A stretch of 64,000 nucleotides of DNA from Chiloscyllium plagiosum. Its lineage: Eukaryota. Every line of letters starts with the position of its first letter. Within the stretch, counting starts at the first letter, position 1. Location of the stretch: contig NC_057719.1 of assembly GCF_004010195.1 (NCBI RefSeq), positions 34,631,692 through 34,695,691 of the forward strand. Direction: 5' to 3'. The notes below the pieces were generated by a model, which was given only the letters and a program-made list of their open reading frames with translations, did no database searches and was not told the origin of the DNA. Of this stretch, positions 25,811 through 37,984 are shown in pieces. Made by a program: the position numbers and the translations under genes.

Positions 25811-26257
25811 ATAACTTCGTTGGACGTAGGTTCAGGAATATCCTCCCTCAGTATGGCTGTAATGCTACCTTGTCCCTGTCTGTTTGATTCGCTTCTGTTC
25901 TCAACTGGGCCCATCTCAGATTGATCTCTTTCCTCACTATCTCCCTGGGAGATGCCTCCCTCCCCCCCCCCTCCACCTTACTGGTTTAAATCCTCCTAAG
26001 CAGGCCTCGCAAATCTCCCTGCCAGTATATTAGTCCCCTTCCACTTCAGGTGCAATCCATTTCTTGTACAGGTCACCTCTAACCCAAAAGAGATTCCAAT
26101 GATCCAAAAATGTGAATCCTACTCCCATACACCAGCTCCTCAGCCATGAATTCATCTGCTGTATTCTCCTATCCGTACTCTCACTAGCTCACAGCACTGG
26201 GAGTAATCCAGATATTATTACTCTCAAGGATCTATTTTTAAATTCCTGCTTGACTCT

Positions 26258-26926
26258 CTATATTCTCTTCAGAATCTCAACCTTTTCCCTTCCTATGTCA
26301 TTGGTTCCAATGTGAACAATAACCTCCTGCTGGTCCCTCTCCCCCTTAAGAATATTCTGCACCCTCCCTGAGACATCCTTGATCCTGGCACCAGGAAGGC
26401 AACACACCATTCTGATTTTTCGCTGCTGGCCACAGAAACGTCTGTCTGTGCCTTGGACTAGAGAGTCCCCTAACATAATTGATCTCTTGGAACCCAATGT
26501 ACCCCGCATTGCATTAGAGCCAGACTCAATACCAGAAACTGGGTTGTTTGTGCTACATTCCCCTGAGAATGCATCACCCCCTACATTTTCCAAAACAGCA
26601 TACCTGGTTGAAATGGGAATAGCCACAGAAGACTGCGGCACTACCTGCCTACCTCTCTTACCTTTCCTGGAGTTAACCCATCTATGTGACATTATCTGCA
26701 ACTTTTCCCCCTCCCTATAACTGCCATCCATCACATCCCATTGGCCTTGTAAATTCCTCATTGCCTCTAACTGTCTCTCCAACCAAGCCATTCGATCTGA
26801 TAGGATTTGCAACCTATGGCAGTTATTGCAGATATAATCCTCAGTAACCCGTAAACTCTCCCTAAACTCCCATATCTGACAAGAAGAGCATTTCACTGTA
26901 CTAAAGGTCATTTCTGCTTCTTTCAA
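26258..26926 (-). pseudogene. CR1 ORF1 (zinc finger, coiled coil, SGNH esterase), C-terminally disrupted
   Basis: CSSC...CNNC zinc finger; GDSL, LPGA and HIGTND esterase blocks. Confidence 0.9.
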
Positions 26927-27700
26927 TCTACAGACCCAGAAAATAGCACTGTCTTATTCCTCTACAAAACACTGCTCCATGCTAACTTAATACTTATGGC
27001 TTATATCTTTAAGTTTAATCAAGACACATATCTCAATATAACATATAATCAAGAAAGAACCCACTCTAGTCACTACTGCAGACTTACTGTAAGGCCACAT
27101 TTAAAAATATTCACTTATCTGTTTCTGTGCTGTGACCTCTCCCAAAAAAATACCTCCAAGATTAGTTGCGAAGTTCACTATTTGTTAATTTTCCCAGATG
27201 TACTACGATGTCCAGCAATACATGAATTCAAACAGCAAAGGCAGTAACTGCCCAGGTTCACTGCTGTGTCATTTAGCAGTTGTGAGTTTCTCTCTCTCTC
27301 TCTCTCCCTCTCTCCCTGCACTGACCTTACCATATGCTGCCTTTATCTGTTTCTCTCCCTTCTAAAAGTGCTATTGTTTGACTTTCTTTCTCTCCAAAGA
27401 TCCAAAATAGTGCAACAGCATAAAAAAAACAGTAATTGCTGCTCCTGGAATTTGAGCAAATCATCTCCAACACCTAAAATCCCTCAAAAAAGAAGCAGCC
27501 TGTTCCAGCCAAAAATGTTTTCGGTCCTCCATCTTGGATTACTGGTTCACGGCCTTCGCCATTCAGTGCCTTAAAAGTTTTGCACCTAACATCGTGCACC
27601 AGTGCTCAGGTGTGTGGTGGAATCCTATCTGCGCGTGCGCAATTTCACATAGGCCTCAGTATCCCGTACCTCCCGTGAGAGCCTGTGCCCCACAACCTGA

Positions 27701-27981
27701 GTGGCACGGTGACCCAGTGGTTAGCACTGCTGCCTCACAGCGCTAGAGACCCGGGTTCAATTCCCACCTCAGGCAACTGTCTGTGTGGAGTTTGCACGTT
27801 CTCCCCGTGTCTGCGTGTGGTTTCTCCAGGTGCTCTGGTTTCCTTCCACTGTCCAAAATGTGCAGGTTAAGTGAATTGGCCATGCTAAATTGCCTATATG
27901 GATATGGGTGGGTTGCTCTTCAGAGGGTCGCTGTGGACCTGTTGGGCCGAAGGGCCTGTTTCCACACTGTAAGTAATCTAA
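27701..27981 (+). mobile_element. HE1-like V-SINE
   Basis: GTGGCACGGTGACCCAGTGGTTAGCACTGCTGCC...GGGTTCAATTCCC...CACACTGTAAGTAATCTAAA. Confidence 0.9.
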
Positions 27982-28272
27982 ACCTCAGAACTTTAGATTA
28001 TCTCCCCCTTAGGGATGTGAAACAGTGGACCCTGTATCAACTGCTGCTGCACACTGTCCACCTCTTTTCCTCATCGACCACCCTGACATGCTTTGGCATG
28101 CCCTTTTGCCACCGGGCAGTGGGGATACCCAGTGATATCTTCATGGGAGTCCTCTCCCTTTCTCTCGAGGATCTAGGGTGGAGGCTGTTGCACGCAGAAG
28201 TCCCCTGCAAACCACAGATTGTGATGGTTCACTGAGTCCCAGCCCAACTGCTTGTTCTGTGATGCTATGGAG

Positions 28273-28367
28273 CCCTTCCTGAAGAAGGGCTAATGCCCGA
28301 AACGTCGATTCTCCTGTTCCCTAGATGCTGCCTGACCTGCTGCGCTTTTCCAGCAACACATTTCCAT
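28273..28367 (+). mobile_element. Penelope-derived hammerhead mini-element, single arm
   Basis: TSD CTATGGAG 28265-28272 / 28368-28375; 28277-28368 is identical to 10177-10268, including the intact hammerhead core. Confidence 0.85.
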
Positions 28368-28694
28368 CTATGGAGTCCGTGGACCCATGTACATATGGGA
28401 TGTGGGTGTCTGCACTCCCATTTTAGTTTTCTTAAAGATCTTCTTTTATGGTTTATGGTTGCACTTCAGCCCCACATCCTGGTCCTTGGCTACCCGGTGC
28501 AGAGGGGGAGCACATGTCAGAGTACCTCCTCATGGATCTGCTTCTGGGCCTGGCCAGACTGGCCATAAACAGCTCCAGGCTGCAGGGCTTGGAGGGGGTC
28601 ATTATGGCCAATTGCCTGCCCCTCTTCTGTGGTTACATTTGGGCCTGGGTGCCCCTAGGTAGTGAGCACACGGTATCTGCCAACACCCTGGCAA

Positions 28695-28926
28695 CACTTT
28701 CACACAGAGGGTAGTACATATATGGAATGAGCTGCCAGAGGAAGTGGTGCAGATTAGTACGATTGCAACATTTAAAAGGCATCTGGATGGGTATATGAGT
28801 AGGAAGGGTTGGAGAGATATGGGCCTGGTGCTGGCAGTTGGGATTAAATTGGGTTGGGATATCTAGTCGACATGGACAGATTGGACCAAAGGGTCTGTTT
28901 CCATGCTGTACATCTCTATGACTCTA
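28695..28926 (+). mobile_element. CR1 3' end
   Basis: TGGAATGAGCTGCCAGAGGAAGTGG (WNELPEEV); ends GGGTCTGTTTCCATGCTGTACATCTCTATGACTCT. Confidence 0.8.
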
Positions 28927-29233
28927 AGACCCTTGAGATTTTCAGGGAGAAGTGGGCACTGAGGGATGTGGAGCGTTTTATTTCCTCTTCCGATTCTATT
29001 TTGATTTAATCTCTTCCCTTCACTTCACTTTTTTGTTCACTGAGCCACTGCCCTTGATGAGAAGAGCACTGCTTGGCACTGGTTGCTCAGTTTTTTTCTT
29101 CCTGGTGGTGGAATATGAATAAGATTTTCTGCTCTCGATGAGTCTTCATTGTGCCCTGCATCTAACGCACACGACATGGTGTCTGGGGGGAAGTAAGCAC
29201 TCCCATTGTTTGGCAGTAGTGTGGGGAGGTTAA

Positions 29234-29366
29234 ATATAGAACAGGCGTGTCAGAGATTCTGACCCTCTGATAGCTAACTCTGAAGAGGCAGTACTAAAGT
29301 CAAAGATTGTTCATGTGAATAAATGGTGACTTGGTGACAAGATACCTGCCCTGTGGAGTTATTTCA
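29234..29366 (+). mobile_element. Short LTR, 3' half
   Basis: AATAAA...GGTGACAAGATAC...GTGGAGTTATTTCA matches the 3' end of 49231-49466 (-); outer flanks GCCAC/ACCAC. Confidence 0.65.
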
Positions 29367-29413
29367 ACCACAAGTTGCCATGCAGCTATTTACTTAGGCA
29401 GTTCAAATATGTA

Positions 29414-29556
29414 GAGCTGAAAATGTGTTGCTGGAAAAGCGCAGCAGGTCAGGCAGCATCCAAGGAGCAGGAGAATCGATATCACAGGGTGAGGGTGATA
29501 GGCCGGAGAGGGGATGGGGACGGAGAGGTCAGGAAGAAGATTGCAGGTCAATTTCA
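29414..29556 (-). mobile_element. Penelope-derived mini-element lacking the hammerhead core
   Basis: TSD AGTTCAAATATGTA 29400-29413 / 29557-29570; 29414-29480 matches the arm at 53642-53706, joined to a segment that is pyrimidine-rich on the minus strand. Confidence 0.8.
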
Positions 29557-29911
29557 AGTTCAAATATGTAACCTACTTTGTGTGTTTATGTATATGCACT
29601 AATTAATTTAGGCATTAGTGCATTACCTCTTGAACTGATCTCAATTATTAACTTACTGTGTCTTATTCTGGTGCAACTTGCATGTCCCAATCCTGTGCGT
29701 CTTTGTTTACCATTGCTAAAGTTACATCCTGGTTTCCAACCCTCTGCCAAGTTCGCTTGAACTCTCCCCAACAGCACTAACAAGCCACGCTGCACGTTTA
29801 TTAGTCCCAGCTCAATCTAGGTGCAACCATTCTGACCTGCTAGGTTCCATCTCCTCCAGAATGAGTCCCAATATCCCAGGAATCTAAAATCTTCTTTTCT
29901 ACCACATATTC

Positions 29912-30164
29912 GATTAGATTAGATTAGATTACAGTGTGGAAACAGGCCCTTCGGCCCAACAAGTCCAAACCTACCCGCCGAAGCGAAACCCACCCATACC
30001 CCTACATTTACCCCTTACCTAACACTACAGGCAATTTAGTATGGCCAATTCACCTGACCCTGCACATCTTTGGATGGTGGGAGGAAACCGGAGCACCCGG
30101 AGGAAACCCACGCAGACACGGGGAGAACGTGCAAACTCCACACAGTCAGTCGCCTGAGGCGGGA
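29912..30164 (-). mobile_element. Young HE1-like V-SINE, 5'-truncated in the B box
   Basis: (GATTA)n tail, very similar to 13955-14225, stops at CTGAGGCGGGA. Confidence 0.9.
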
Positions 30165-30399
30165 CTTGCTCTCAAATGTCTATGGTGCTTAGAGTGATCC
30201 AGAAATTATTTGGTTCAAGGGCATGATGCATTCAATGGGGACAGTTGTCAGGCATGGGCTTTGGTGAGATGTGTGTTCAGTGATTGAGCTAGAGGTGGAC
30301 ATTGTTATTTGTCCTTTGACCTGACATTCCTGCACCACAACTATGATGTCATTCTCAACTAATCCCATCTGCCTGCACAGGCGCAAAGCATTAATTCTA

Positions 30400-32110
30400 A
30401 CACCTCAGCCATGCCCCTGTCTCCATTTGTAAATCTGCTTTTTGATCTCTAATTGGCCCTATTCCTCTTGAAACCATTCTTCTACGATTTGTGTATCTAT
30501 GGAAGACTTTGGGGTTCTTCTTTATAGAATCATGGAATGGAACCATAGAATTATACAGTAAAGAAGTGGCCCTTCAGTCCATTGAGTCTGTACCACCAAA
30601 ACAATGTAAAATCTACACCTGTCTCACTTCCCAGCACTTGGCCCATAGCTGTGAATGTTAGAACAGTTGAAGCACTCATCCGAGTACTTTTTAAAGATTG
30701 TGAGGCTACATGTCTTAACTACCCTCTGGTGCTTCCAGGTCCCACCACTCTTTGGGTGAAACCTGTTTTCCTCAAATCCCATCTAAAATTTGTGCCTTTC
30801 AACTTAAAATCCACCTTATGCTAGCTGCTAGTTTTTTTCTCATAATTTCTCTTTGCTTCTCTTCTTTGCTTTTTCACCTCCCCTCTAAAACTTCAGAATT
30901 CCTCTTGGTTCTTATTTGTATTTTCTGCCTCACACCTGTCATAAGCATATTTTAGTTTCTAATGGTAACTTCTACCTCCTTTGTCAACCAGGGAATTTTG
31001 GATTTCCTTCACCTGTTGTTTTCCATTTGAGGGAGTATGCCTTGAGCCACTTCCTCTTTAAAAAAGTAATCTATTGTTCAGTTACCATTTCTCATATCAG
31101 CTTCTTGTTTCAGTCAGTCTTGTCTAGCTCTGTTTTTGCCCCATTGAGATCAGCTCTCCACCAATTGATTTTTCTTGGTCTGGATTGTTGCATGTCATTC
31201 TCCCTGATGATCCTGAACCTTATGATGCAATGATTACTATCTCCTAATCAATCATCCACTGACATTTGATCCAATTGTCCCAAGTCATTTCCATGGACCA
31301 AGTCAAACACTGCATCCTTCCTCTGAGGAAGGGTCACTGGATCTGAAACGTTAACTCTGATTTTTCTCCACAGATGCTGCCAGACCTGCTGAGCTTTTCC
31401 AACAATTTCTGTTTCTGTTTCTGATTTCCAGAATCAGCAGTTCTTTCGGTTTTTAAACTACATCCTTCCTTGTTGGGCTGAACACATTTGGCTGGAGAGA
31501 ACTCTCCTTAACATATTCTAGGAACACTTGACCCACACTGACCTTTACACTATCAGTATTCCAGTTTATATGTGGGCAACTAAAGTCCCCCATTATATCT
31601 GCTCTATAACGTTGGCATTTCTCTGTAAATCCCCTGCATATTTGTTCCTGTATATAAGGGCCTATTAAGTTAATAGTGATAGAGGGCTAACCACTAATGA
31701 GTCTTGACTAGATATACTTAATAGATTGATAACAGATACAAGTTACATTGGCTAGGCTCACAAAATAATTAAGACTATCAAGAAACAATGATAGCACATC
31801 TGTCTCCTTCAGGATCTTGAGCAAGATCATTTTCTCCACCCAAGACTGTATGATATCATCAGATTGAGTAGGGCTTATTCAGTCTCCAATATTGATGCTT
31901 TTAGAACTATTGATGTAAAGTATTTTGTATAAGGCAATGATGTTGGTGCCAATATAGACCACAATCTCTAGTATTTATCCTCCTCAGAATGCTCTGCAGC
32001 CAATCAATGATAACTTTGACACTAGCTCCAGGGAGACAACATACCATTTCCAATCCATATCAGTGGGCACAGAGACATCCCTATCCATAAGATCTCCTTA
32101 TTTAGGCTCT
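30400..32110 (-). mobile_element. Old CR1 fragments (APE and ORF1 esterase region) with a nested CR1 3' end at ~30525-30815
   Basis: TAAAGTCCCCCAT (minus: MGDF) near 31581; GATGTTGGTGCCAATAT (minus: IGTNI) near 31940. Confidence 0.55.
31323..31456 (+). mobile_element. Penelope-derived mini-element starting exactly at the hammerhead core
   Basis: CTGAGGA-A-GGGTC-ACTG-GATCT-GAAA-CGTT; TSD ACTGCATCCTTCCT 31309-31322 / ACTACATCCTTCCT 31457-31470. Confidence 0.8.
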
Positions 32111-33109
32111 TTCTTTCTGGCTTACCTCCATGACATTTAACACAGTCTCTGGCACTGTTTCTCCTCAGTGATGTATTTTCTGTTCATTATCTAAAGATTT
32201 TCATTACCTTAAAGGCTCCATGTTCAGGTCAAACTAAATAATGACAAAAGTGGAAAATTGCCACCTAAGTTTAATTATACCTATTGTCATTGAGAAGACA
32301 AACTTGTTGAAAGTCTAACAATAATTATTATTTGTCAGAGATCAATTATTGCAACTAGTTCCAAATACGCAACAAATAATTGGGCTACGATATATATCAA
32401 AGCAATGACATGACTGAAGTGTTATAAAGATGCCATGAAATAATTATCAAATTCCAATGGTTATATTACAGCCTATAATTCATTCTAGCCCAGCTGTTAT
32501 TCACGTGACAGGACAGTATAATTTATCAGGAGATCTTACACCTTGCCTCTGGGGACCAGAACATACTTCAATAATAACAAAAATATTTTATATTACATGA
32601 CAAACAAATGCAAAAGAAATCATCAAAAATGGATCAGACTTGTTGGAAACCATTTCTCCACGTGAAAGTGAATTTACAACTGGTTTCTTTTTGATGTCAG
32701 GAATGCTTGTAGTCATTTATTGTAATTGTATTTTTGCAGGTTATAACTTACGATGAGGCAGGTAGTATGGCATATAATTGTGTGGTTTACAGAGGTGGGA
32801 CACTTCCTCAACATTTGCAATTATTTGTCTAATTTATAAGTAAAACTTGGAAGGGGTGCCTTGCACTCTGAAAACCTGGCAATAAAATGGAGATGGCAAC
32901 TGCCATTTCTCTAAGATTAAGAGATTCTACTGATCCCACCCCTCCTGGCACGTGCAGTGATCAATGGCATCCCCTCTTCCAAGCCCTCATCTGCTGCCAC
33001 AATGTAATTATCATGGGGAACTTTAATCTTCACATAGACCGACAAGTCAAACTGGCAACGGTAGTTTGGAAAATGAGTTTGTAGGATGATTTTATAAAAG
33101 TTCATTGAA

Positions 33110-34106
33110 TAGTTGATGGGAAATGTTCATCCTGGAGTTCAGTTACCAGTGGTGTACCGCAAGGATCTATTTTGGGGCCACTGCTGTTTGTCATTTTTAT
33201 AAATGACCTAGATAAGTGCATAGAAGGATGGGTTAGTAAATTTGCGGATGACACCAAGGTCAGCGGCATTGTGGATAGTGCTGAAGGATGTTGTAGGTTA
33301 CACAGGGACACAGATAAGCTGCAGAGCTGAGCTGAGAGGTGGCAAATGGAGTTTAATGTGGAGAAGTGTGAGGTAATTTACTTTGGAAGGAGCAACAGGA
33401 ATAAAGCATACTGGGCTAATGGTAAAATTCTTGGTAGTGTAGATGAGCAAAGAGATCTATGTCCATGTACATAGATCCCTAAACTTGCCACCCAGGTTGA
33501 TATGGTTGTTAAGAAGACATATGGTATGTTAGCTTTTATTGGTAGAGGGATTGAGTTTCGGAGCCACAAAGTCATGCTGCAGCGATGTGGCTGCGCTTGG
33601 AATATTGCGTACAGTTCTGGTCACTGCATTATAGGAAGGATGTGGAAGCTTTGGAAAGGGTTCAAAGGAGATTTACTAGAATGTTGTCTGGTATGAAGGG
33701 AAGATCTTATGAGGAAAGGCTGAGGGACTTGAGGCTGTTTTCATTAGAGAGAAGAAGGTTGAGAGGTGACTTAATTGAGACATATAAGATAATCAGAGGG
33801 TTTGATAGGGTGGACAGTGAGATCCTTTTTCCTCAGGTGGTGATGGTTAGCATGAAGGGACATAGCTTTAAATTGAGAGTGATAGAGATAGAGATAGTTT
33901 CTTTACTCAGAAAGTAGTAAGGGCATAGAACGCATCACCTGCAACAGTAGTAGACTCGCCAAGGGAATTTAAATGATCATTGGATAAATAAATGGATTAA
34001 AATGGAATAGTGTAGGATAGATGGGCTTCAGATTGGTTCCACAGGTTGGCACAACATTGAGGTCCGAAGGGCCTGTACTGCACTGTACTATGTTCCATGT
34101 TCTATG
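33110..34106 (+). mobile_element. 5'-truncated CR1 nested in an older CR1 (~32990-35410)
   Basis: GVPQGS and FADDTK at 33150-33260; ORF 33585-33917 LEYCVQFW; tail ATGTTCCATGTTCTATG. Confidence 0.88.
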
Positions 34107-35413
34107 TGTGGAACCAACTGGGATTAAAACTATTTTAGGTCTAGGTTTGTGATTTGAGGAATAGCTAATGGTAAAAGGGTGTTTTTTTGAGAAAAAGTGA
34201 TCATATTTAAATTAAATTCAATTATAAGTTTTTTTTAAAAATACTCCAAACAAGAATCTTAAAACTAAACAATGCTAGTATTATAGGCATATTGTGAGAG
34301 CTGGTTAAGGCTGAAAGAGTAAATAAACTAAAAGGTTTAGCAGCAAGTAAATAATGGAAAAGAGGTTTTAAAAATCATTCCAAATTTTTAAACAAAAGTG
34401 TTTCAATATGAAAACAATACCATGTCAAGAGGCTTATTAGGCAAGTTAAAAATAGAATTACACTAAGAGATTTTTATTTTTGATTCACGGGATGTGCGTG
34501 TCACTGGCTGGCCCAGCATTTACAGCCTTAATGATGATGCAAAAATATCAGCTGGGGCCCCTGCAATTTCTTCGCTAGCCTCTTGCAATGTTCTTAGATA
34601 TATATGGTCGGGAAGAGGAGATTTATCCACTTTCATACATTCTAATACATCCAACACTTCCTCTACTGTGATATTGACTGTCCCCAAAATATGACCACTA
34701 ACTTCCCCAAGTTCCCAAGTCTTCATATTTTTCTCCATTTATTGTCTGTCCCTAATTTTTGAGAATCAATTGAAGTCACATGTTGACCAGACCGGGTAAG
34801 GATGGCAGCTTCCTTCCCTAAAGGACATTAACGAATCAGATGTGTTTTTCTTGACAGCCAACAATGGTTTCATGATCACTAATAGGCTTTTGATTCCAGA
34901 TTTTTTTACAATTGAATTCAAATTTCACCATAGCAGGATTTGAACTTTGGTCCCCAGAACCTTACATGGTTTCTAAATTAATAATGTAGTGATAATGCCA
35001 CAAGGCCATCATGTCCCCTCATATGACAAAGAATAGTTATAAGTCTGAAGATTGACAGTTTAGAAATCGAAAAAGGGTGATGAAAGTTGATGTAAAGGGG
35101 AAAAGAATGGACAGTGAACTCATGAGATCTATAAACACAGATTGAATGTGCGTGTACAAGTTTGTAAAATAAAGAACAGCTATAACAAATGTTAGTCCTT
35201 TGAGGCAGGAGCAGAAGGAATGCCACAGGGAATTGTGGGTAGTATATTAGCATGAATGAATGATTTATGGAAGAAGAGAATAGTGATAAATGAGGTATGT
35301 TAAAATTGGTAATCTGTTACTACTAGCGTACCGCAGGATCAGTACTGAGGCTACAGTTTTTTACAATCTAGATTAATGATTCAGGCAAAAAGATTGTTAG
35401 TTTACCTAGGTTT

Positions 35414-36705
35414 AGAACAAAGAACAAAGAAAATTTACAGCCCAGGAAAAGGCCCTTTGACCTTCCAAGCCTGAGCTGATCCAAATCCACTGTCTAAACC
35501 TATCGCCCAATTCCTAAGGATCTGTATCCGTCTGCTCCCCACCTAATCTGTCCAGATGCACTTTAAATGAATCTACTGTGCCAGCCTCTACTACCTCACA
35601 CCAACAGTGCTCTCTTCCAGATCATTAATGTATATCACAAACAACAGTGGTCCCAGCACCGACACCTGCGGAACACCACTGGTCACCTTTCTCCATTTCG
35701 AGAAATTCCCTTCAACTACTACTCTCTGTCTCCTGTTGCTCAAGCAGTTCTTTATCCACCCAGCGAGAACACCCTGCACACCATGTGACTTCATTTTCTC
35801 CATTAGGTTACCATGGGGAACCTTATCAAATGCCTTACTAAAGTCCATGTAAATGACATCTACAGCTCTTCCTTCAACTATCAACTTGGTCACTTCCTCA
35901 AAGAACTCTGTTAAGTTGGTAAGGCACGATCTCCCCCATGTAAAACCGTGTTGCTTATCACCGGTAAGCCCATTCTTTTCCAAATATATATAGATTTTAT
36001 CCCTCAGTACCTTCTCCAGCAACTTTCCCACCACTGACATCAGGCTCACTGGTCTGTAGTTACCTGGAATATCCCTACTACCCTTCTTGTACAGGGGGAC
36101 AACATTAGCAACCCTCCAGTCCTCCAGCACCTCACCTGTGTTTAAGGATGCTATAAAGATATCTGTCAGGGCCCCAGCTACTTCGTCGCACCTTCCTCAG
36201 CGACCTGGGATAGATCCCATCCGGTCCTGGGGATTTGTCCACCTTAATATTCTTTAGCCTACCCAATACATCTTCCCTCCTTATGTCAAAGTCATCCAGA
36301 GTAAACAAACTTCTATCTCTAATCTCAACATTCATCACATCCCTCTCCTCAATGAACACTGATACAAAGAAATCATTGAGAATCTCACCCATTTTCTCAG
36401 TTTTGAAACACAACCTTCCTTCCTTATCTTTTAGTAGACCAAGCCTTTCTCTAGTTACCCTCTTGCTTCTTATATATGAATAAAAGGCATTGGGATTCTC
36501 CTTAATTCTGCTCACTAAAGTTATTTCATGGCCCCTTTTAGCCTGCTTGGTTCCTTGTTTAAGATTGGTACTACTCTTTCGATATTCCTCTAAGGCCCAT
36601 TCTGTTCTTAGCTGCCTGGACCTTATGAATGCTTCCCTTTTTCTCTTGGCTAGTCACACGCTTTCTCCTGTCATCCACGGTTCACAAATTTTGCCTTTCA
36701 ATCTA
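35414..36705 (-). mobile_element. CR1 ORF2 fragment with an internal deletion
   Basis: ORFs 36132-36515 and 35591-36130 ([11 protein letters not shown]...YINDL) are joined near 35598 directly to the 3' UTR; (AGAACAA)n tail. Confidence 0.88.
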
Positions 36706-37467
36706 TGAGGTCCAACTGGCTGACATCATTACAATCACTGTAGATGATGATGTACAGAAAAATTATTCACTTTGCTAGTGACACCCTTCATAAAGTTAAG
36801 CTTATTCAAAATATTCCTACTAAACAAAATCTTGCTCTCTCATCATATCAATGGTTCATGACATATATTTGTTTCCAAGTCTCCAAATGTTTGAAATCTA
36901 CAAATCTCATCCATGGCCCCACCAGTTCCTAAATCTGTCTTCTGTATTATAATAAACTGTTACTCTGTTTCTCCGACTCTGATTTCTCATGTTTCCTCAC
37001 TTGGTCCACTCTGCCACCACTGACCATGCTTTCAATTGTTTAGGTTCCATGCTTTCCAGTTCTCTACCTGAACCTTTCCACCTTTTCTTCTTAGACAGAA
37101 AAATAAGTAACAAAAAGTAACATTTGGAAAATAACACATGGTAACTTTAGAGGTCTATTTCAGGTATGCAAGAGGAGTTGGACCAGTTTGTGTTATTTCC
37201 AAGTTTGTCTGGCTTTTCCTGCTCTCTCTCTTCTTTTAAAACCCTCTTTGAATCCAAGAAAGTTTTTTGGACACACCTCCAAATATCAGCCTTTTGGAGC
37301 TTGAACATTTATTTTTTAATGATGCATCCATGAGGAATACAAGGATAGCTGTAGCATATTGAAATCCCCCATCATCTTATAAGATCATGGCTGAACCTTT
37401 ACATCAACTCCACTCTCACACACTCTGCTGTTATCCCTTAACTCCTGTAAATCAGCACCAAATCCTC

Positions 37468-37722
37468 AGTTAAAAATCACACAACACCAGGTTATAGTCT
37501 GACAGGTTTATTTGGAAGCACCAGCTTTAGGAGTGTTGCTCCTTTATCAGGTGGTTGTGGAGTATAAGATCACTGATCTTACGATCTTATACTCTACAAC
37601 CACTTGATAAAGGAACAACACTCTGAAAGTTGGTGATTCCAAATAAACCTGTTGGACTATAACCTGGTGTTGTGTGATTTTTAACTTAGTACCCCCAGTT
37701 CAACACTGGCATCTCCGAATCA
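37468..37722 (+). mobile_element. Palindromic Penelope-derived mini-element, second family
   Basis: 104-bp arms 37468-37571 / 37583-37686, ~36-nt one-sided tail 37687-37722; decayed hammerhead cores (CTTGATAAAGGAAC...TCTGAAAGTTG and its mirror); ACCAAATC on both flanks. Confidence 0.8.
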
Positions 37723-37984
37723 AGACCAAATCTTTAGAATACCAATGTGTATTTGTGTCTCATCTTATAAAATATATTCCACTCTTCCATTCTTTCCATC
37801 AACATGGATGCTTTCACACTCCACATATTAGACTCTATCTGCCTCTGTCTTGCCCAATTATCCAATACCTTAATCATTATCTTGTGCAGCATCTTTGTGT
37901 CCTAATTACTTTCTGACCTACATTTGTATCACTGGCAAACTTGCATACATTATATTCGGTTTCCTCACCCATCATTGTTATATT

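Larger units (their letters stand above)
22760..27540 (-). mobile_element. Near full-length CR1 LINE, decayed
   Basis: 5' UTR ~26930-27540, ORF1, APE (GLYYRPP...GDFNFP...SDHN), RT ([13 protein letters not shown]) and C-terminus; 3' tail ATAGAGTCATAGAG at 22760; contains an N gap, a SINE tail and a PLE mini-element. Confidence 0.92.
27541..29233 (+). mobile_element. Tx1/L1-clade LINE 3' fragment (probably continues at 22633-22759)
   Basis: LLLGLARLAINSSR...CLPLFCGYIWAWV (ORF 28448-28714) resembles the Tx1 ORF2 C-terminus; GC-rich; hosts a SINE, a PLE mini-element and a CR1 tail. Confidence 0.6.

Noticed and set aside
27701..27770. tRNA gene (also other A/B-box heads)
   Set aside because: No complete cloverleaf; the heads run directly into SINE bodies.
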